Shown here: positions 25,744-35,576 of the stretch, piece by piece
How positions within the stretch are numbered: the stretch's first letter is position 1
Layout: every line of letters starts with the position of its first letter
Assembly (NCBI GenBank): GCA_022749995.1
Contig: JAKIWO010000001.1
Coordinates: 154,330 to 218,329 of the forward strand
Length of the DNA: 64,000 bases
Source of the DNA: Thermoplasmata archaeon
GTDB taxonomy: Archaea; Thermoplasmatota; Thermoplasmata; Lutacidiplasmatales; UBA184
Direction of reading: 5' to 3'
Notes under the pieces: generated by a model
Database searches by the model: none
Told to the model about the DNA's origin: nothing
The model's input: only the letters and a program-made list of their open reading frames with translations
Translations under genes and position numbers: made by a program

Positions 25744-26781
25744 ATGGAGATCCTGCGGGCCAAGGCGCCGCTCCGGATCTCCTTCGCGGGGGGCGGGACC
25801 GACGTGAGCCCGTACCCCGAGGAGCGCGGGGGGGCCGTCCTCAACGCCACCATCGACAAGTTCGCCTACGCCACGCTCCGCGCCCAGACCGGAGGGGGCA
25901 CCGCGCGGGTGCGCTCCCTCGACTTCGACCTGGACGCCACCTTCCGCACACCGCAGGAGCTGGTCTACAACGGCGAGCTGGACCTCGTCAAGGCGGTGCT
26001 CAAGCACTTCCACCGCACCGACCACGAGGTGGAGGTGTTCCTCCACTCCGACGCGCCCCCGAGGACGGGGCTCGGCAGTTCCTCCACCCTGACCGTGGCG
26101 CTGGTCGCCCTGTTCGGCCGCTACCTCAAGCAGCCGATGACCACCTACGAGCTCGCCGAGCTCGCCTACCAGATCGAGCGGGTAGAGCTCGGCGATCCCG
26201 GCGGCCGACAGGACCAGTACGCGGCCGCCTTCGGCGGCTTCAACTTCATGGAGTTCACCAAGGACGCGACGGTGGTGAACCCGCTGCGGATCGACCCCGA
26301 GGTGCGCAACGAGCTCGCCTACCGATTGATGCTCTGCTTCACCGGAGCCACTCGGTACTCCGGGACCCTCATCGAGACCCAGACCCAGGCCTATCGGGAC
26401 CGCAACGTCGACACGGTGGAAGGACTCGACGAGGCCAAGCGGCTCGCCTCCGACATGAAGAAGGCGCTGCTCACCGGGGACTTGGACGCGATGGGCGGGC
26501 TGCTGCATCGGGGCTGGGAAGCCAAGAAGCGGTTCACCGCAGGGGTGACCAACCCCGAGATCGACGCGCTGTACGAGCACGCCCGGGCCGCCGGCGCGTT
26601 GGGTGGCAAGCTGACGGGTGCCGGCGGCGGTGGGTATCTGCTGCTCTTCTGCGACTTCCAACGTCGGCAGGAGGTCGCCAAGGCGGTGACGAAGTCCGGC
26701 GGCCGCCCGGTCGACTTCGCCTTCGCCCCGGAGGGCGTCGAGTCCTGGGTCGTTCGCTCCGCTCCCGCGCCCCGCAGCTAG
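25744..26781 (+). CDS. GHMP-family sugar kinase (COG2605 / HddA-fucokinase-like)
   Basis: APLRISFAGGGTDV, PPRTGLGSSSTLTVALV (motif II) and KLTGAGGGGYLL (motif III). Confidence 0.75.
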   Translation: MEILRAKAPLRISFAGGGTDVSPYPEERGGAVLNATIDKFAYATLRAQTGGGTARVRSLDFDLDATFRTPQELVYNGELDLVKAVLKHFHRTDHEVEVFLHSDAPPRTGLGSSSTLTVALVALFGRYLKQPMTTYELAELAYQIERVELGDPGGRQDQYAAAFGGFNFMEFTKDATVVNPLRIDPEVRNELAYRLMLCFTGATRYSGTLIETQTQAYRDRNVDTVEGLDEAKRLASDMKKALLTGDLDAMGGLLHRGWEAKKRFTAGVTNPEIDALYEHARAAGALGGKLTGAGGGGYLLLFCDFQRRQEVAKAVTKSGGRPVDFAFAPEGVESWVVRSAPAPRS

Positions 26782-26826
26782 TCCCCAGGGCTCGATGGCG
26801 GACATTCGACGTCACCGACAGGTTTA

Positions 26827-27432
26827 ATGCCCCGCTCCCCGGGTGCGGGTCCCATGGGCGCAACGCCTCCCCCCGCAGCCCCTCCGGGCTGGGGACAGAA
26901 CCCGCCACCACCGCCGAACTGGGGCCCTGCACCTCCCGCGCCGGCCTGGGGTCCGCCCGGCGGGCAACCCATGCAGCAGCAGATGCAGAACCCGATGGCG
27001 TCGATGCAGCAGAGGATGGAGAAGATGGAGCACTCCGCGAGCAGCTTTGTCACCGTCTTCCGAGCACTGGGCTTTGTGTTGATCTTCGTCGCCGCGCTCG
27101 TGGTGGTCATCGGCACGAACCCCCCCTCGAACTGCTTCAGCACCTCACCGCCCACCAACTGTGGACTCAACTACGCCAACGGCGCCGCGACCGCGACGTT
27201 GGTCGGAAGGATCCTCGCCGTGATCGGCTTCTCGGCCATCCTGCTGGGCTCGGCCCTGCGGATGCAGTTCAGTCTCAAGCCGACCGCCGATACGAAGCCC
27301 GAAGAGTACGCCTACATCGCGTCGGAGCGCCGGTTCAACGGGTGGATCGTCATCATCTCGTTGCTCCTGCTGACCTTGGTGATGCTGGCCGTCCCCGTGA
27401 TCTCGGCGGCCGGAGTCAGCGTCGGCCTGTAG
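26827..27432 (+). CDS. Membrane protein with Pro/Trp/Gly-rich N-terminus; possible distant member of the 60273/61117 family
   Basis: PPGWGQNPPPPPNWGPAPPAPAWGPPGG, then 4 TM with a loop Cys pair (SNCFSTSPPTNC) and an ERRF motif. Confidence 0.5.
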   Translation: MPRSPGAGPMGATPPPAAPPGWGQNPPPPPNWGPAPPAPAWGPPGGQPMQQQMQNPMASMQQRMEKMEHSASSFVTVFRALGFVLIFVAALVVVIGTNPPSNCFSTSPPTNCGLNYANGAATATLVGRILAVIGFSAILLGSALRMQFSLKPTADTKPEEYAYIASERRFNGWIVIISLLLLTLVMLAVPVISAAGVSVGL

Positions 27433-27496
27433 CCTAGCGCCGGACGGCGGGGCAGCCCCCCGCCGTCCCTACCCTTTCCCACGAACTTTCCACGAG

Positions 27497-28675
27497 TCAG
27501 CGCAACTCTTCGAGCGCCCGGTCGCGCAGGTCCGTGAGCGCGTTCATGTAGTTCGCGTAGGCGTCGTAGGGGCTGCCGTAGGAGCTGAAGTACTGGTGGA
27601 CCCCGAGGTCCGCGCCGTGCCCTCCGAGGTACATGTAGTAGAAGTGGTCGGAGGTCAGCAGCTTGCGCCATCGCTCGAGCAGCTGGGTGTCACCGGTCCG
27701 GCGCACGAGCAGTCCGGCCTTCTTCGCCGCCTCGAAGGCGGACCGCTGCAGGTCGTTCCCTAGCCAAGCTCCGAGGTCACGGTTCTGGTCGGCCCAGGAG
27801 AGCGTCACCGGGGCGGAGAACGGCCCGGCGCTGGGGCTCGTGAGCGCGTCCTCCACCGTCGCCCAGCCGAGATTCGACTCCCGTGCGGCGGCCGCCGGGA
27901 GCGCGGAGAGGAACTCGAGGATGCCGGTGGAGGCCGGATGGTGCTCGCCGAAGGTCTCGAAGTCCAGGAAGATTCCTACGAGGTCCCCCGGCGTCGAGGC
28001 GATCCACCGGGCGTACTTCTCGCTCGTGAGAGGGTACTCGCTCCAGGCTTTGGAGGAGAAGCGGAACCCGACATCGTCGCTCAACCGGTAGTGCCGCAGC
28101 AGCACCGAGAGCTCGGTCGCCACGCTCGAAGTGTACCGATGGGTGGGGGAGCGGCCGCCCAGCACGCCCTCCCACCCCTCGGCCAGCATCCCCCGGTAAC
28201 CGTGCGACGCTCCGAACCGGGCGAGCTCATCGGAGTAGGCGAGCTCGGTCATCCGCAGCACCGCCGGCTTGACGCCGAAGGTGTCCTGCAGGAGCCGCCC
28301 GTGCAGCGCGACCTCCTCCTCGAGCTCGGGAGGCGGGACGAGGAAGGCGAGCGAGTGGTAGTACGTCTCCGCGAGCAGCGCGACCCGTCCCGTGCCCACC
28401 AGCTTGCGCAGCTGCTCGATCAGGTCCGGCGCGGCCTCCCGCGCCTGCTCGATCCACGTCCCCGTGATCGAAAGGGAGAACCGGAACTCCGGGTGACGCT
28501 CGAGCGACTCGTACAGCCGTCCCATCGCCGGACGGTAGCACTGCTCGGCGATGCGCCGGAAGATGGCGAGGTTCCGCTCGACGTCGAAGTAGGAGCGTCC
28601 GCTGCCGAGGTCCAGGTACCGGAACCGGGCCAGCCGCCAGGGCTGGTGCAGGTGGGCGTAGAAGACGATCTTCAC
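27497..28675 (-). CDS. Glycoside hydrolase family 57 protein
   Basis: KIVFYAHLHQPWRL N-terminus typical of GH57. GTG start overlaps the upstream stop (GTGA). Confidence 0.7.
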   Translation of the reverse strand: MKIVFYAHLHQPWRLARFRYLDLGSGRSYFDVERNLAIFRRIAEQCYRPAMGRLYESLERHPEFRFSLSITGTWIEQAREAAPDLIEQLRKLVGTGRVALLAETYYHSLAFLVPPPELEEEVALHGRLLQDTFGVKPAVLRMTELAYSDELARFGASHGYRGMLAEGWEGVLGGRSPTHRYTSSVATELSVLLRHYRLSDDVGFRFSSKAWSEYPLTSEKYARWIASTPGDLVGIFLDFETFGEHHPASTGILEFLSALPAAAARESNLGWATVEDALTSPSAGPFSAPVTLSWADQNRDLGAWLGNDLQRSAFEAAKKAGLLVRRTGDTQLLERWRKLLTSDHFYYMYLGGHGADLGVHQYFSSYGSPYDAYANYMNALTDLRDRALEELR

Positions 28676-30048
28676 CGGCCGCTCCCCGCGCGGTGCCCGG
28701 CGATGGCATCGAAATAGACGGTCACCGTCTCGAACGCCCGCTCGGCCCAGCCGGTGGTGAGCGCCTGGATGCGGCCCAGATCCCCCATCGTGTGCCGGAG
28801 CGCCGGGTAGCTGAGCAGCTCGGCCATACGGCTAGCGTACTCGTCGATGTCCCAGAAGTCCACGGCGAAGGCGTGGCCCGCCACCTCCGCCACGCCGCTC
28901 GTCTTGGACAGGATCGTCGGCACGCCCGAGGCCATCGCCTCGAGCGCGGCGATCCCGAACGGTTCCACGACGCTCGGGAGCACGAACACGTCGGCGCGGG
29001 CGAGCAGCGAGGTGCGCTCCTCGTCGGTCACCCGGCCCAGGAACAAGGTCCGGTCCGCGATCCCGAGGTGCGCAGCGAGGGCGAGCAACCTCGGGTACTC
29101 CGGCCCCTCGCCAGCGACCACGAACAGCACGTCCGGGAGCTGCGGCGCCACCTGCGCCGCGGCCCGCAGGAACGTGTCCACACCCTTCATCGCGGCGAGC
29201 CGTCCGAGGTAGAGCACCGTCGGGCGCTCCGGGGAGATCCGCGCGACCCGCTCGGGGGCGCGGACCGCGTTGTAGATGACCTTGATCCGGTCGGCCCGGG
29301 CGCCGTACCGCTCGACCAACTGCTGCTTGAGATGCTTGCTGACCGCGATCACCCGGTCGGCCTGCCGTAGTCCGAGCTGCTCCCGTTCGAGGATCTCCTG
29401 CCACGGATGGCCCAGGCTCCGGTCGTACTCCGTCGAGTGGACGGTGAACACCAGGGGGCGGCGCAGCCGTCGCGCGAGACGCGAACCCCCTTCGGTCCCG
29501 AACCAGTCGTGCACGTGCACGACATCCACCGGCACCTCCGACTCGAACCGTGCGACCCACTCGGTGAACGATCCGACGCTCTCGAGGAACCCATCGCTCG
29601 GCGAGAGCGGTCGGTCGTACGCGCCGAGCCGACGCCCGGGGGCCGCGGCGCCGGCGCGCCGCGGTCGAACCGCGCCCGGCCAGAGTATCTCGACCCCCGG
29701 TACCTGCGTGTACTCGCCGGCGTACGGCAGGAGGAAGCTCACCCGGTGGCCCATCCGAGAGAGCTCCCGGACGAGCTCGTACGAGTGGACCCCGAGTCCC
29801 CCCGAGTGCGAGGGCGGAAACTCCCAGCCGACCATCAGGACGTGGAGTCGGCGGGGCGGCGCGCGCGTAGGCGCCGGGGCCGCCGCTTCCGCCGGGCGGA
29901 CCCACTGCAGCGGTTCCGACAGCTCCGCGAGCCGCGTTCGTCGTGACTTGCGCCGGTCCCGTTCGACCCGGGCCAGCTTGGCCGGCCGCCGCCCCCGGTG
30001 CGCCGGGCGCTTCCGGGCGGGTGCAGGGGTGCGTGCGCGTTCGGGCAT
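28672..30048 (-). CDS. GT-B glycosyltransferase, glycogen/alpha-glucan synthase-like, with basic N-terminal extension
   Basis: LHVLMVGWEFPPSHSGGLGVHSYEL and EPFGIAALEAMASGVP. The first ~65 aa are Arg/Lys/Pro-rich, so the start is uncertain. Confidence 0.65.
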   Translation of the reverse strand: MPERARTPAPARKRPAHRGRRPAKLARVERDRRKSRRTRLAELSEPLQWVRPAEAAAPAPTRAPPRRLHVLMVGWEFPPSHSGGLGVHSYELVRELSRMGHRVSFLLPYAGEYTQVPGVEILWPGAVRPRRAGAAAPGRRLGAYDRPLSPSDGFLESVGSFTEWVARFESEVPVDVVHVHDWFGTEGGSRLARRLRRPLVFTVHSTEYDRSLGHPWQEILEREQLGLRQADRVIAVSKHLKQQLVERYGARADRIKVIYNAVRAPERVARISPERPTVLYLGRLAAMKGVDTFLRAAAQVAPQLPDVLFVVAGEGPEYPRLLALAAHLGIADRTLFLGRVTDEERTSLLARADVFVLPSVVEPFGIAALEAMASGVPTILSKTSGVAEVAGHAFAVDFWDIDEYASRMAELLSYPALRHTMGDLGRIQALTTGWAERAFETVTVYFDAIAGHRAGSGR

Positions 30049-30167
30049 GAGCCCATCCTCCCGGCGGGTGCGCGCCGCCGGAGGAGGCGCCTTCGGCAGG
30101 AGCGTAGCCCGGTCGGGCTTGCCATCGTGGCACAGGGGCTAGGGTCAAACCGCTTTGGGTGCGGCGC

Positions 30168-30929
30168 TCACCGAAGGGTGCTGTCCGCCGACCGGTCCTT
30201 TCGCCCGAAGCTCGAGCGTCCCGAAGGCGCCGGGACAGGACCGGACGGCGGCGGGATCCGACCGAGGACCGGCTCGCGCAGACGGAAGACCACCCACGTG
30301 CTGCCGGTGACCGCCAGGGCGGCCGCGAACAGGCCGGTCAGCGGGTCGAGCAGTTCGGCGCCGCCGATGAGGACGTACCCGAACAGCGCGAACAGCGCCG
30401 CACCGAACGGCGAGCCGCCGAGCAGTCCGCGTCGGTCCGGAAGCCGCACCGCGAGGTACCCGGCAGCGGTCGATACGGCGACGATCGCAACGGCCTGCAC
30501 GGCGGTCACCGGGAGGGTGGCGAGCGCTGGGGAGCCGGCAGCGAAGGCGGCCGTCACGAGGGCGATGGTGAGAATGCCGGAGGCGCCCGCTCTCAATGCC
30601 AGCGCGTAGAACGGTCCGGCCGCATCCTGGCCGAAGTAACGGAGACGTCGGACCATCCACGCCGCAAGTTCGGTACCGGCGAGCAGGATCAGCAGGTCGA
30701 CGAGTGCGATGTCCGGCGCGTCGTTGCGCAGCGCGGCGAGGTAGAACAGGAACGGGAACACGAGCGGTGCCCCGACGAACAGGCCGGCGGCGTAGGCGAT
30801 GAACACCCGCCGCTCGTCGAACAGCGTCTCTGGGACCTGGGGCGCCGCGTACCGCCCGATCTGCCAGTAGACGAACCCGCCGGAGAGCAGCACACCGGCC
30901 AGGCCCCCGAGGGAGAGCGCGGTGTTCAC
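30168..30929 (-). CDS. Polytopic membrane protein, unknown function
   Basis: In-frame GTG at 30929 overlaps the trmI stop (GTGA). About 7 hydrophobic segments. Confidence 0.5.
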   Translation of the reverse strand: MNTALSLGGLAGVLLSGGFVYWQIGRYAAPQVPETLFDERRVFIAYAAGLFVGAPLVFPFLFYLAALRNDAPDIALVDLLILLAGTELAAWMVRRLRYFGQDAAGPFYALALRAGASGILTIALVTAAFAAGSPALATLPVTAVQAVAIVAVSTAAGYLAVRLPDRRGLLGGSPFGAALFALFGYVLIGGAELLDPLTGLFAAALAVTGSTWVVFRLREPVLGRIPPPSGPVPAPSGRSSFGRKDRSADSTLR

Positions 30930-31702
30930 CACGGCGGTCCCATCCAGCGGGCGACGAGGAGGAAGCCCGTGTGGCCGAGCATCTCGAAGGACGGGCGGGT
31001 GCCGCCCTCGCCTACTTCGATCGGACGGAGCAGGAGCTCCTCCGCCTGCGCGCCCTCGAACCCGGCTTCCCGCAAGCTCCGGACCGTGTGTTCGAGCTGG
31101 TTGTACGTGGGCGTGTACGCCGCGAGGCGACCTCCCGGCGCGAGCGACTCGCTCGCGGCCGAAAGACCGGTCCACGGCTCCGGCAGGTCGAGGATCACGG
31201 CATCGAGGTCGCGTGCGGCGAAACCGCGCTCGGCCACATCGGCTTCCACGAACTCCACCCGTTCGCCGAGTTGCACCCGTCGCACGTTGGCCTTCGCGAA
31301 CTCGAGGAACTCCGGCCGGCGGTCGTGCGAGTAGACGTGCCCCGAGGGCCCCACCGCGAACGCAAGGGCGACCGTGAGCCAGCCGCTCCCGCTGCCGGCC
31401 TCGGCGACGCGGCTCCCGGGACCCACCCCCGCCAGTTGGATCAGTCGCGCCGCATCCTTGGCGGTGACCACTTGGGCGCGGCGCTGGAGCGAACCGAGCA
31501 GGTCACCGAGTGCCGGTCGCAGCAGCCGGTACTTCCGACCCGCCCAATCCACCGTCGTGCCCGGTAGCTCGCCGATCTGGCCGGAGAGGTCGAGCACTCC
31601 ACGCCCCTCGACCGACTGGCTGCCCCGTTGGAGCACGAGGAGCACCTGGTCCCGCGCCGAGCCCCAGAGCAGGGCGAGCTCTCCCTCCTTCCAACGATCC
31701 AT
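30926..31702 (-). CDS. trmI: tRNA (adenine-N1)-methyltransferase TrmI/Gcd14 family
   Basis: ATG at 31702 (MDRWKEGE), VAEAGSGSGWLTVALA SAM motif, DAVILDLPEPW. Confidence 0.75.
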   Translation of the reverse strand: MDRWKEGELALLWGSARDQVLLVLQRGSQSVEGRGVLDLSGQIGELPGTTVDWAGRKYRLLRPALGDLLGSLQRRAQVVTAKDAARLIQLAGVGPGSRVAEAGSGSGWLTVALAFAVGPSGHVYSHDRRPEFLEFAKANVRRVQLGERVEFVEADVAERGFAARDLDAVILDLPEPWTGLSAASESLAPGGRLAAYTPTYNQLEHTVRSLREAGFEGAQAEELLLRPIEVGEGGTRPSFEMLGHTGFLLVARWMGPPW

Positions 31703-31941
31703 GACCGGTCCGTGCGGTGGCGCCCGGCGGGGAGCGACAGCCACGGATAAACTCCGAGGCGCGCCGCTCCCACGGTTACGCTCGACCCGAGTCCGATGGC
31801 TCGGGCCTCGCGCGCGCCGGACCCATCCCGCAGCGGCGTGGTGGCGTGGCCGGTCCAGACCCGCGCCGGGAGGCGGGAGTTTTATTGGGGAGAGGGTCGA
31901 GGGGGCCCGCGGTTGACGGAGTGGGCGTCTCCTCCGACAGT

Positions 31942-32015
31942 GCGGGCATAGTGTAGTCTGGTTATCACATAGGCTTGCCAAGCCTATAACTCGGGTTCAA
32001 ATCCCGGTGCCCGCA
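31942..32015 (+). tRNA. tRNA-Gly (anticodon GCC)
   Basis: Hand-folded cloverleaf: acceptor GCGGGCA/TGCCCGC, anticodon stem TAGGC/GCCTA, loop TTGCCAA, T-loop TTCAAAT. No encoded CCA. Confidence 0.85.
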
Positions 32016-32098
32016 TCCCGCCCCGCGCCCCCGATCGGCAGGCTCCCGGAGCCTGGCTGCCTCCAACCCTCCGGTTCGGTTCCCACGGCGCCGCGCCG

Positions 32099-33328
32099 CT
32101 ACTCTCGCGGTTCCTGCACGGGTGCGGGCGACGGGATCAGCGGAGAACTTTCTCCCAGCAGGTAGGGGAACAGGTACCCGCTGACGAGGGTCGTGACCAG
32201 CGCCATGACCACGATCGCGCCGAAGAGGGTCGTGTTGAAGAGCCCGAGCGAAACGCCGATGGCGCCGACGATGAGTCCGATCTCTCCCCGCGGGATCGCA
32301 CCGACCGCCACCGGGAGCGCCGCCCGAACGCTCCCAAACTTGGCGTAGGCGAACGGCAGGATGCCCAGCAACTTGCCGAGAATCGCGATCGCGGTGAGGA
32401 GGCCGGCGAGCAGGAGCAGGCGGGGCTGTAGCAGGAGACCCACGTCGAACTGGACTCCGATCACCACGAAGAACAGCGGGCCGAACACCGCCAACAACGC
32501 GTCGGCGAGCTGTCGCGCACCGGAGTTCTTGAGGGCGTCGGCGAGGGCGAGGCCGGCGATGAACGCGCCGACGACGACGGAGAATCCGAGCGAGGCCACG
32601 ATGGCGACAAGGACGAACAGGATGAGGAACGGCATCTCGCGGGACTGCCGGAACGCCGGGAGCCGGAAGAGCCGCGGCACGACGAAGAGCGACGCGAGCA
32701 GGATCACCAGCCAGGCGACGACGGCGAAGGCGATGCCGCCGGTCACGGCGATCGGGTTGAAGCTCCCTCCGATCGAGGTGAGAACTACCGAGAGCAGGAT
32801 GAGGCCGGCCACATCATCGAGCGCCGAGACGGCGAGCAGGAACTGGCCGCCGGCCCCACCGGCCACCTCCTGGGCTCGGATCAGATAGGCCACGACCGCG
32901 GTACTGGTCGGGCCGACCGCGACCCCCACGAGGAGCGCCGTTTCGAACGGGTAAAAACGGCTGATCGCGACGACGGTCAGCGCGAAGGAGAGCAGTCCAC
33001 CGGCGAGCGCCGCGGCGATCCCGTGCCATCCGGCCGTCCGCAGGGAGGCGAATCCGCCCTCGACGCCGGCGGCGAAGATGACGAGGATCACCGAGAAGTC
33101 GGCGAACAAGAGCACGTACGGCGTGACGTTGAACAGGCTCGTGTGGAGCAGCCCGTCGACGATCCCGCCGACCGCGAAGGAGCTCAGAATGATCCCCGCG
33201 ATCACCTCGGCGACGACGGGGGGGAACCGGTAGCGGAGCGCGATCGAACGGAACAGCTCGGCGAATGCGAGCAGGATGAAGATGAACAGCAGCGACTGGA
33301 ACGCTTCGGTCGAAACGAAGGCGGTCAT
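32099..33328 (-). CDS. Cation:proton antiporter (CPA2, Kef/NapA-like)
   Basis: 409 aa with ~12 TM and typical Na_H_Exchanger-like Gly/Ala-rich helices. Confidence 0.7.
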   Translation of the reverse strand: MTAFVSTEAFQSLLFIFILLAFAELFRSIALRYRFPPVVAEVIAGIILSSFAVGGIVDGLLHTSLFNVTPYVLLFADFSVILVIFAAGVEGGFASLRTAGWHGIAAALAGGLLSFALTVVAISRFYPFETALLVGVAVGPTSTAVVAYLIRAQEVAGGAGGQFLLAVSALDDVAGLILLSVVLTSIGGSFNPIAVTGGIAFAVVAWLVILLASLFVVPRLFRLPAFRQSREMPFLILFVLVAIVASLGFSVVVGAFIAGLALADALKNSGARQLADALLAVFGPLFFVVIGVQFDVGLLLQPRLLLLAGLLTAIAILGKLLGILPFAYAKFGSVRAALPVAVGAIPRGEIGLIVGAIGVSLGLFNTTLFGAIVVMALVTTLVSGYLFPYLLGESSPLIPSPAPVQEPRE

Positions 33329-33455
33329 GCGCTCCGAGCCGGCAAGGACCGGGTCCGGTATTTAGTCGGGGAAGCTGCAGCGGTCGCCGGGCGAGCCCCC
33401 TCCGCTCCCGCGCCTCGCAGGCCGGAGGGAGCCCCTCGCGGGCCGAATCTGCGGG

Positions 33456-34253
33456 CTACCGGCGGAACGCACGGGAGAGGAAGCCCGGCCAGGAAACGCC
33501 GCGGGGAACCAGGACCAGCCAGAGCGTGCAGACCACGACCCCCAACCCCAGGATCAGGAGGGCGTAGATGGGCTCGCCCAGCGCGAGCGCCTCGAAAAGC
33601 CCCCCTGCGCCCAGGGAGATGGTCACGACCCAGAGGTCGAACTCCCGGCCGCTGCGCGGCGGCGCGCCTTCGCCGGGAGAGCTCAGGAGTCCCAGGATGG
33701 CACCGCCCAATCCGAGCAGCGCAAGCCCGAGGAAGAGCGGGTCGTTCGCCGAGGTCAACGGCAGCACTGGGTTGCCGATGCCGTGCGCCCACGCTCCGAG
33801 TCCGCCGAGCTGGGCGGATTGCACGCCGAGGAAGTTGCGGGCGATCGTCGGCGGAGATCCGCCGGCCGAGGCGCGCAATCCGAGTCCCTCCCCGAGCGCC
33901 ACCACGAGGATCAAGAATCGGTTCGGCGCGCTCACCGGGGCGCCGAGCAGCGTGGCCAGCAACGCGAGCGGCACACCCAACACGGCCCCGGCCAGCACCG
34001 AGTCCCAGGGAGCCCGCAGGTTGAAGCCGGAGGTGAGGACAGCGATGCCTACCGCGCCGAAGGCGAGCGCCGGCAGGCACCACCAGCCGACCCAACGATC
34101 GGGAAGCAGTAGCCCCCCGAGCGGGGCGGCCGCGAGCAGGAAGCCGAGCAGGAAACCGGCGTCGGGGTTCGTCAGTCCGAGCCCGCCGGCGACCGGCAGG
34201 TAGAGCAACACCGGCACGGTCAGGAGCATCTCGGGAGTGGGGCGCAGCTTCAT
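33456..34253 (-). CDS. Gly/Ala/Leu-rich polytopic membrane protein (module 2)
   Basis: The ATG overlaps the DUF58 stop (ATGA). Same position relative to DUF58 as 19977..20525. Confidence 0.55.
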   Translation of the reverse strand: MKLRPTPEMLLTVPVLLYLPVAGGLGLTNPDAGFLLGFLLAAAPLGGLLLPDRWVGWWCLPALAFGAVGIAVLTSGFNLRAPWDSVLAGAVLGVPLALLATLLGAPVSAPNRFLILVVALGEGLGLRASAGGSPPTIARNFLGVQSAQLGGLGAWAHGIGNPVLPLTSANDPLFLGLALLGLGGAILGLLSSPGEGAPPRSGREFDLWVVTISLGAGGLFEALALGEPIYALLILGLGVVVCTLWLVLVPRGVSWPGFLSRAFRR

Positions 34254-35560
34254 GCGAATCCCCAGGCGCGCAGCTGCGTGTAGGTCTCGAGCACCCGGCC
34301 CGATGCCCCCCGGCGGTCGTACGGGAACACCGGGATCCCCTCGGCCCGGAGTTCCGACTGCAGCCGGGCGGCCCGGTCCTGCTCCTCGGCACGTGCCCAG
34401 GCGAGTGCCTTGGCACCGGCCGAGGGTGCGACGTCGGGGTAGAACGCGGCCTCCTGCGGCAGGAATGCGTACAGGTGGTGGCCCCGGTGCCGGAACCGGG
34501 CGTGCGCGAGATGCAGCCCGTCGAGCGACCCGCGCAGCGAGGAGAACAGCAGCACATGGGAGTTGGTGCGGAGCCGTCGGGTCAACCCCTCGAGCAGCGC
34601 CGGCAGCTCGAAGCTACCCTCCTCGCTCCGGAGGTAGGCCAGGTTCTCCGCGAGCAGCCGGAAATGCCGGGAGCCACGGGAGGGGCGCAGGAACTGTCGG
34701 AGCTGCTCGGTGCCGGTGGCGAGCCCCACCCGGTCCTCCCCGCTGCGGGCCACGACGGCGGTGACGAGCGAGGCGGCCTCGACCGCCCGGTCGAGCGCGT
34801 TGGTGCCCGGCACACCGACGAGCATCGCCGGGGTCACGTCGATCGCCAGCACGAAGTCCTGCCGGCTCTCCTGCTCGAACTCCCGTACGTACCACTGGCC
34901 GGGTCGCGAACGTCGCCAGGCGACGTGGCGCAGGTCGTCGTCGGACTGGTAGAGCCGGAGCGACCGGAACTCGCTACCAAACCCACGATGGCGGAGCGCG
35001 AGCCGGCCTTGGACGCGGGTGAACAGTGCCGGTCCGATACGGTGGGCACGACTGATCGGCGCCGGCGGAATCACCTGGACCGGTTGGCGCGTGTCGGAGA
35101 ACATCCGCTGCTCCCACGCGAGCCGGCGCGGGCTCCACAGCGTGACCGCCACCGGGCCGAGCACATGGCTGCCGCGCGCCCCCGAGCGCAGCCGGGACCG
35201 GAGCCGGCGGCGCGTGCCCGGCGTCCACCACCGGGGCGGGAGCACCGGCGCCCCCTCCCGCGCGAGCGCATCGGGCAGCAGGTCCTGGACCGAGGCGAGC
35301 ACCGGCGCCGGGCCGGAGAACAGGACCGAGGATTCGGTGAACGAGTCGGTCCCCGGCGAGAGCGCGCTCGGCCACTCCTCGCGGACCGCGGCGAAGGAGG
35401 CCGCGTCCGGCAGGGTGCGGTGGAAGAGCAGGATCTCCCCCGCCACGAGGGCAAAGGCGATGGTGCTCGCCAAGAGGAGGAGCAGCTCCAGGGTGTAGGC
35501 GCTCACGAGCAGCGCCGCGGTCGTGGCGGCGACGGCCAGATAGCCTCGGGGCGCGATCAC
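34250..35560 (-). CDS. DUF58-family protein (module 2)
   Basis: N-terminal TM pair, DDLRHVAWRRSRPGQWYVREFEQE hallmark, then FVLAIDV. Confidence 0.8.
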   Translation of the reverse strand: MIAPRGYLAVAATTAALLVSAYTLELLLLLASTIAFALVAGEILLFHRTLPDAASFAAVREEWPSALSPGTDSFTESSVLFSGPAPVLASVQDLLPDALAREGAPVLPPRWWTPGTRRRLRSRLRSGARGSHVLGPVAVTLWSPRRLAWEQRMFSDTRQPVQVIPPAPISRAHRIGPALFTRVQGRLALRHRGFGSEFRSLRLYQSDDDLRHVAWRRSRPGQWYVREFEQESRQDFVLAIDVTPAMLVGVPGTNALDRAVEAASLVTAVVARSGEDRVGLATGTEQLRQFLRPSRGSRHFRLLAENLAYLRSEEGSFELPALLEGLTRRLRTNSHVLLFSSLRGSLDGLHLAHARFRHRGHHLYAFLPQEAAFYPDVAPSAGAKALAWARAEEQDRAARLQSELRAEGIPVFPYDRRGASGRVLETYTQLRAWGFA

Positions 35561-35576
35561 GGGCCGGACGATTCCC

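Noticed and set aside
25690-26805. Upstream part of track ORF 25264..26805
   Set aside because: It is antisense to the GHMP kinase gene. Only the C-terminal 141 codons, from ATG 25689, form a plausible membrane protein.
28832-30148. 438-aa minus-strand ORF
   Set aside because: It is an alternate frame of the glycosyltransferase gene and has Arg/Gly/Pro-rich composition.
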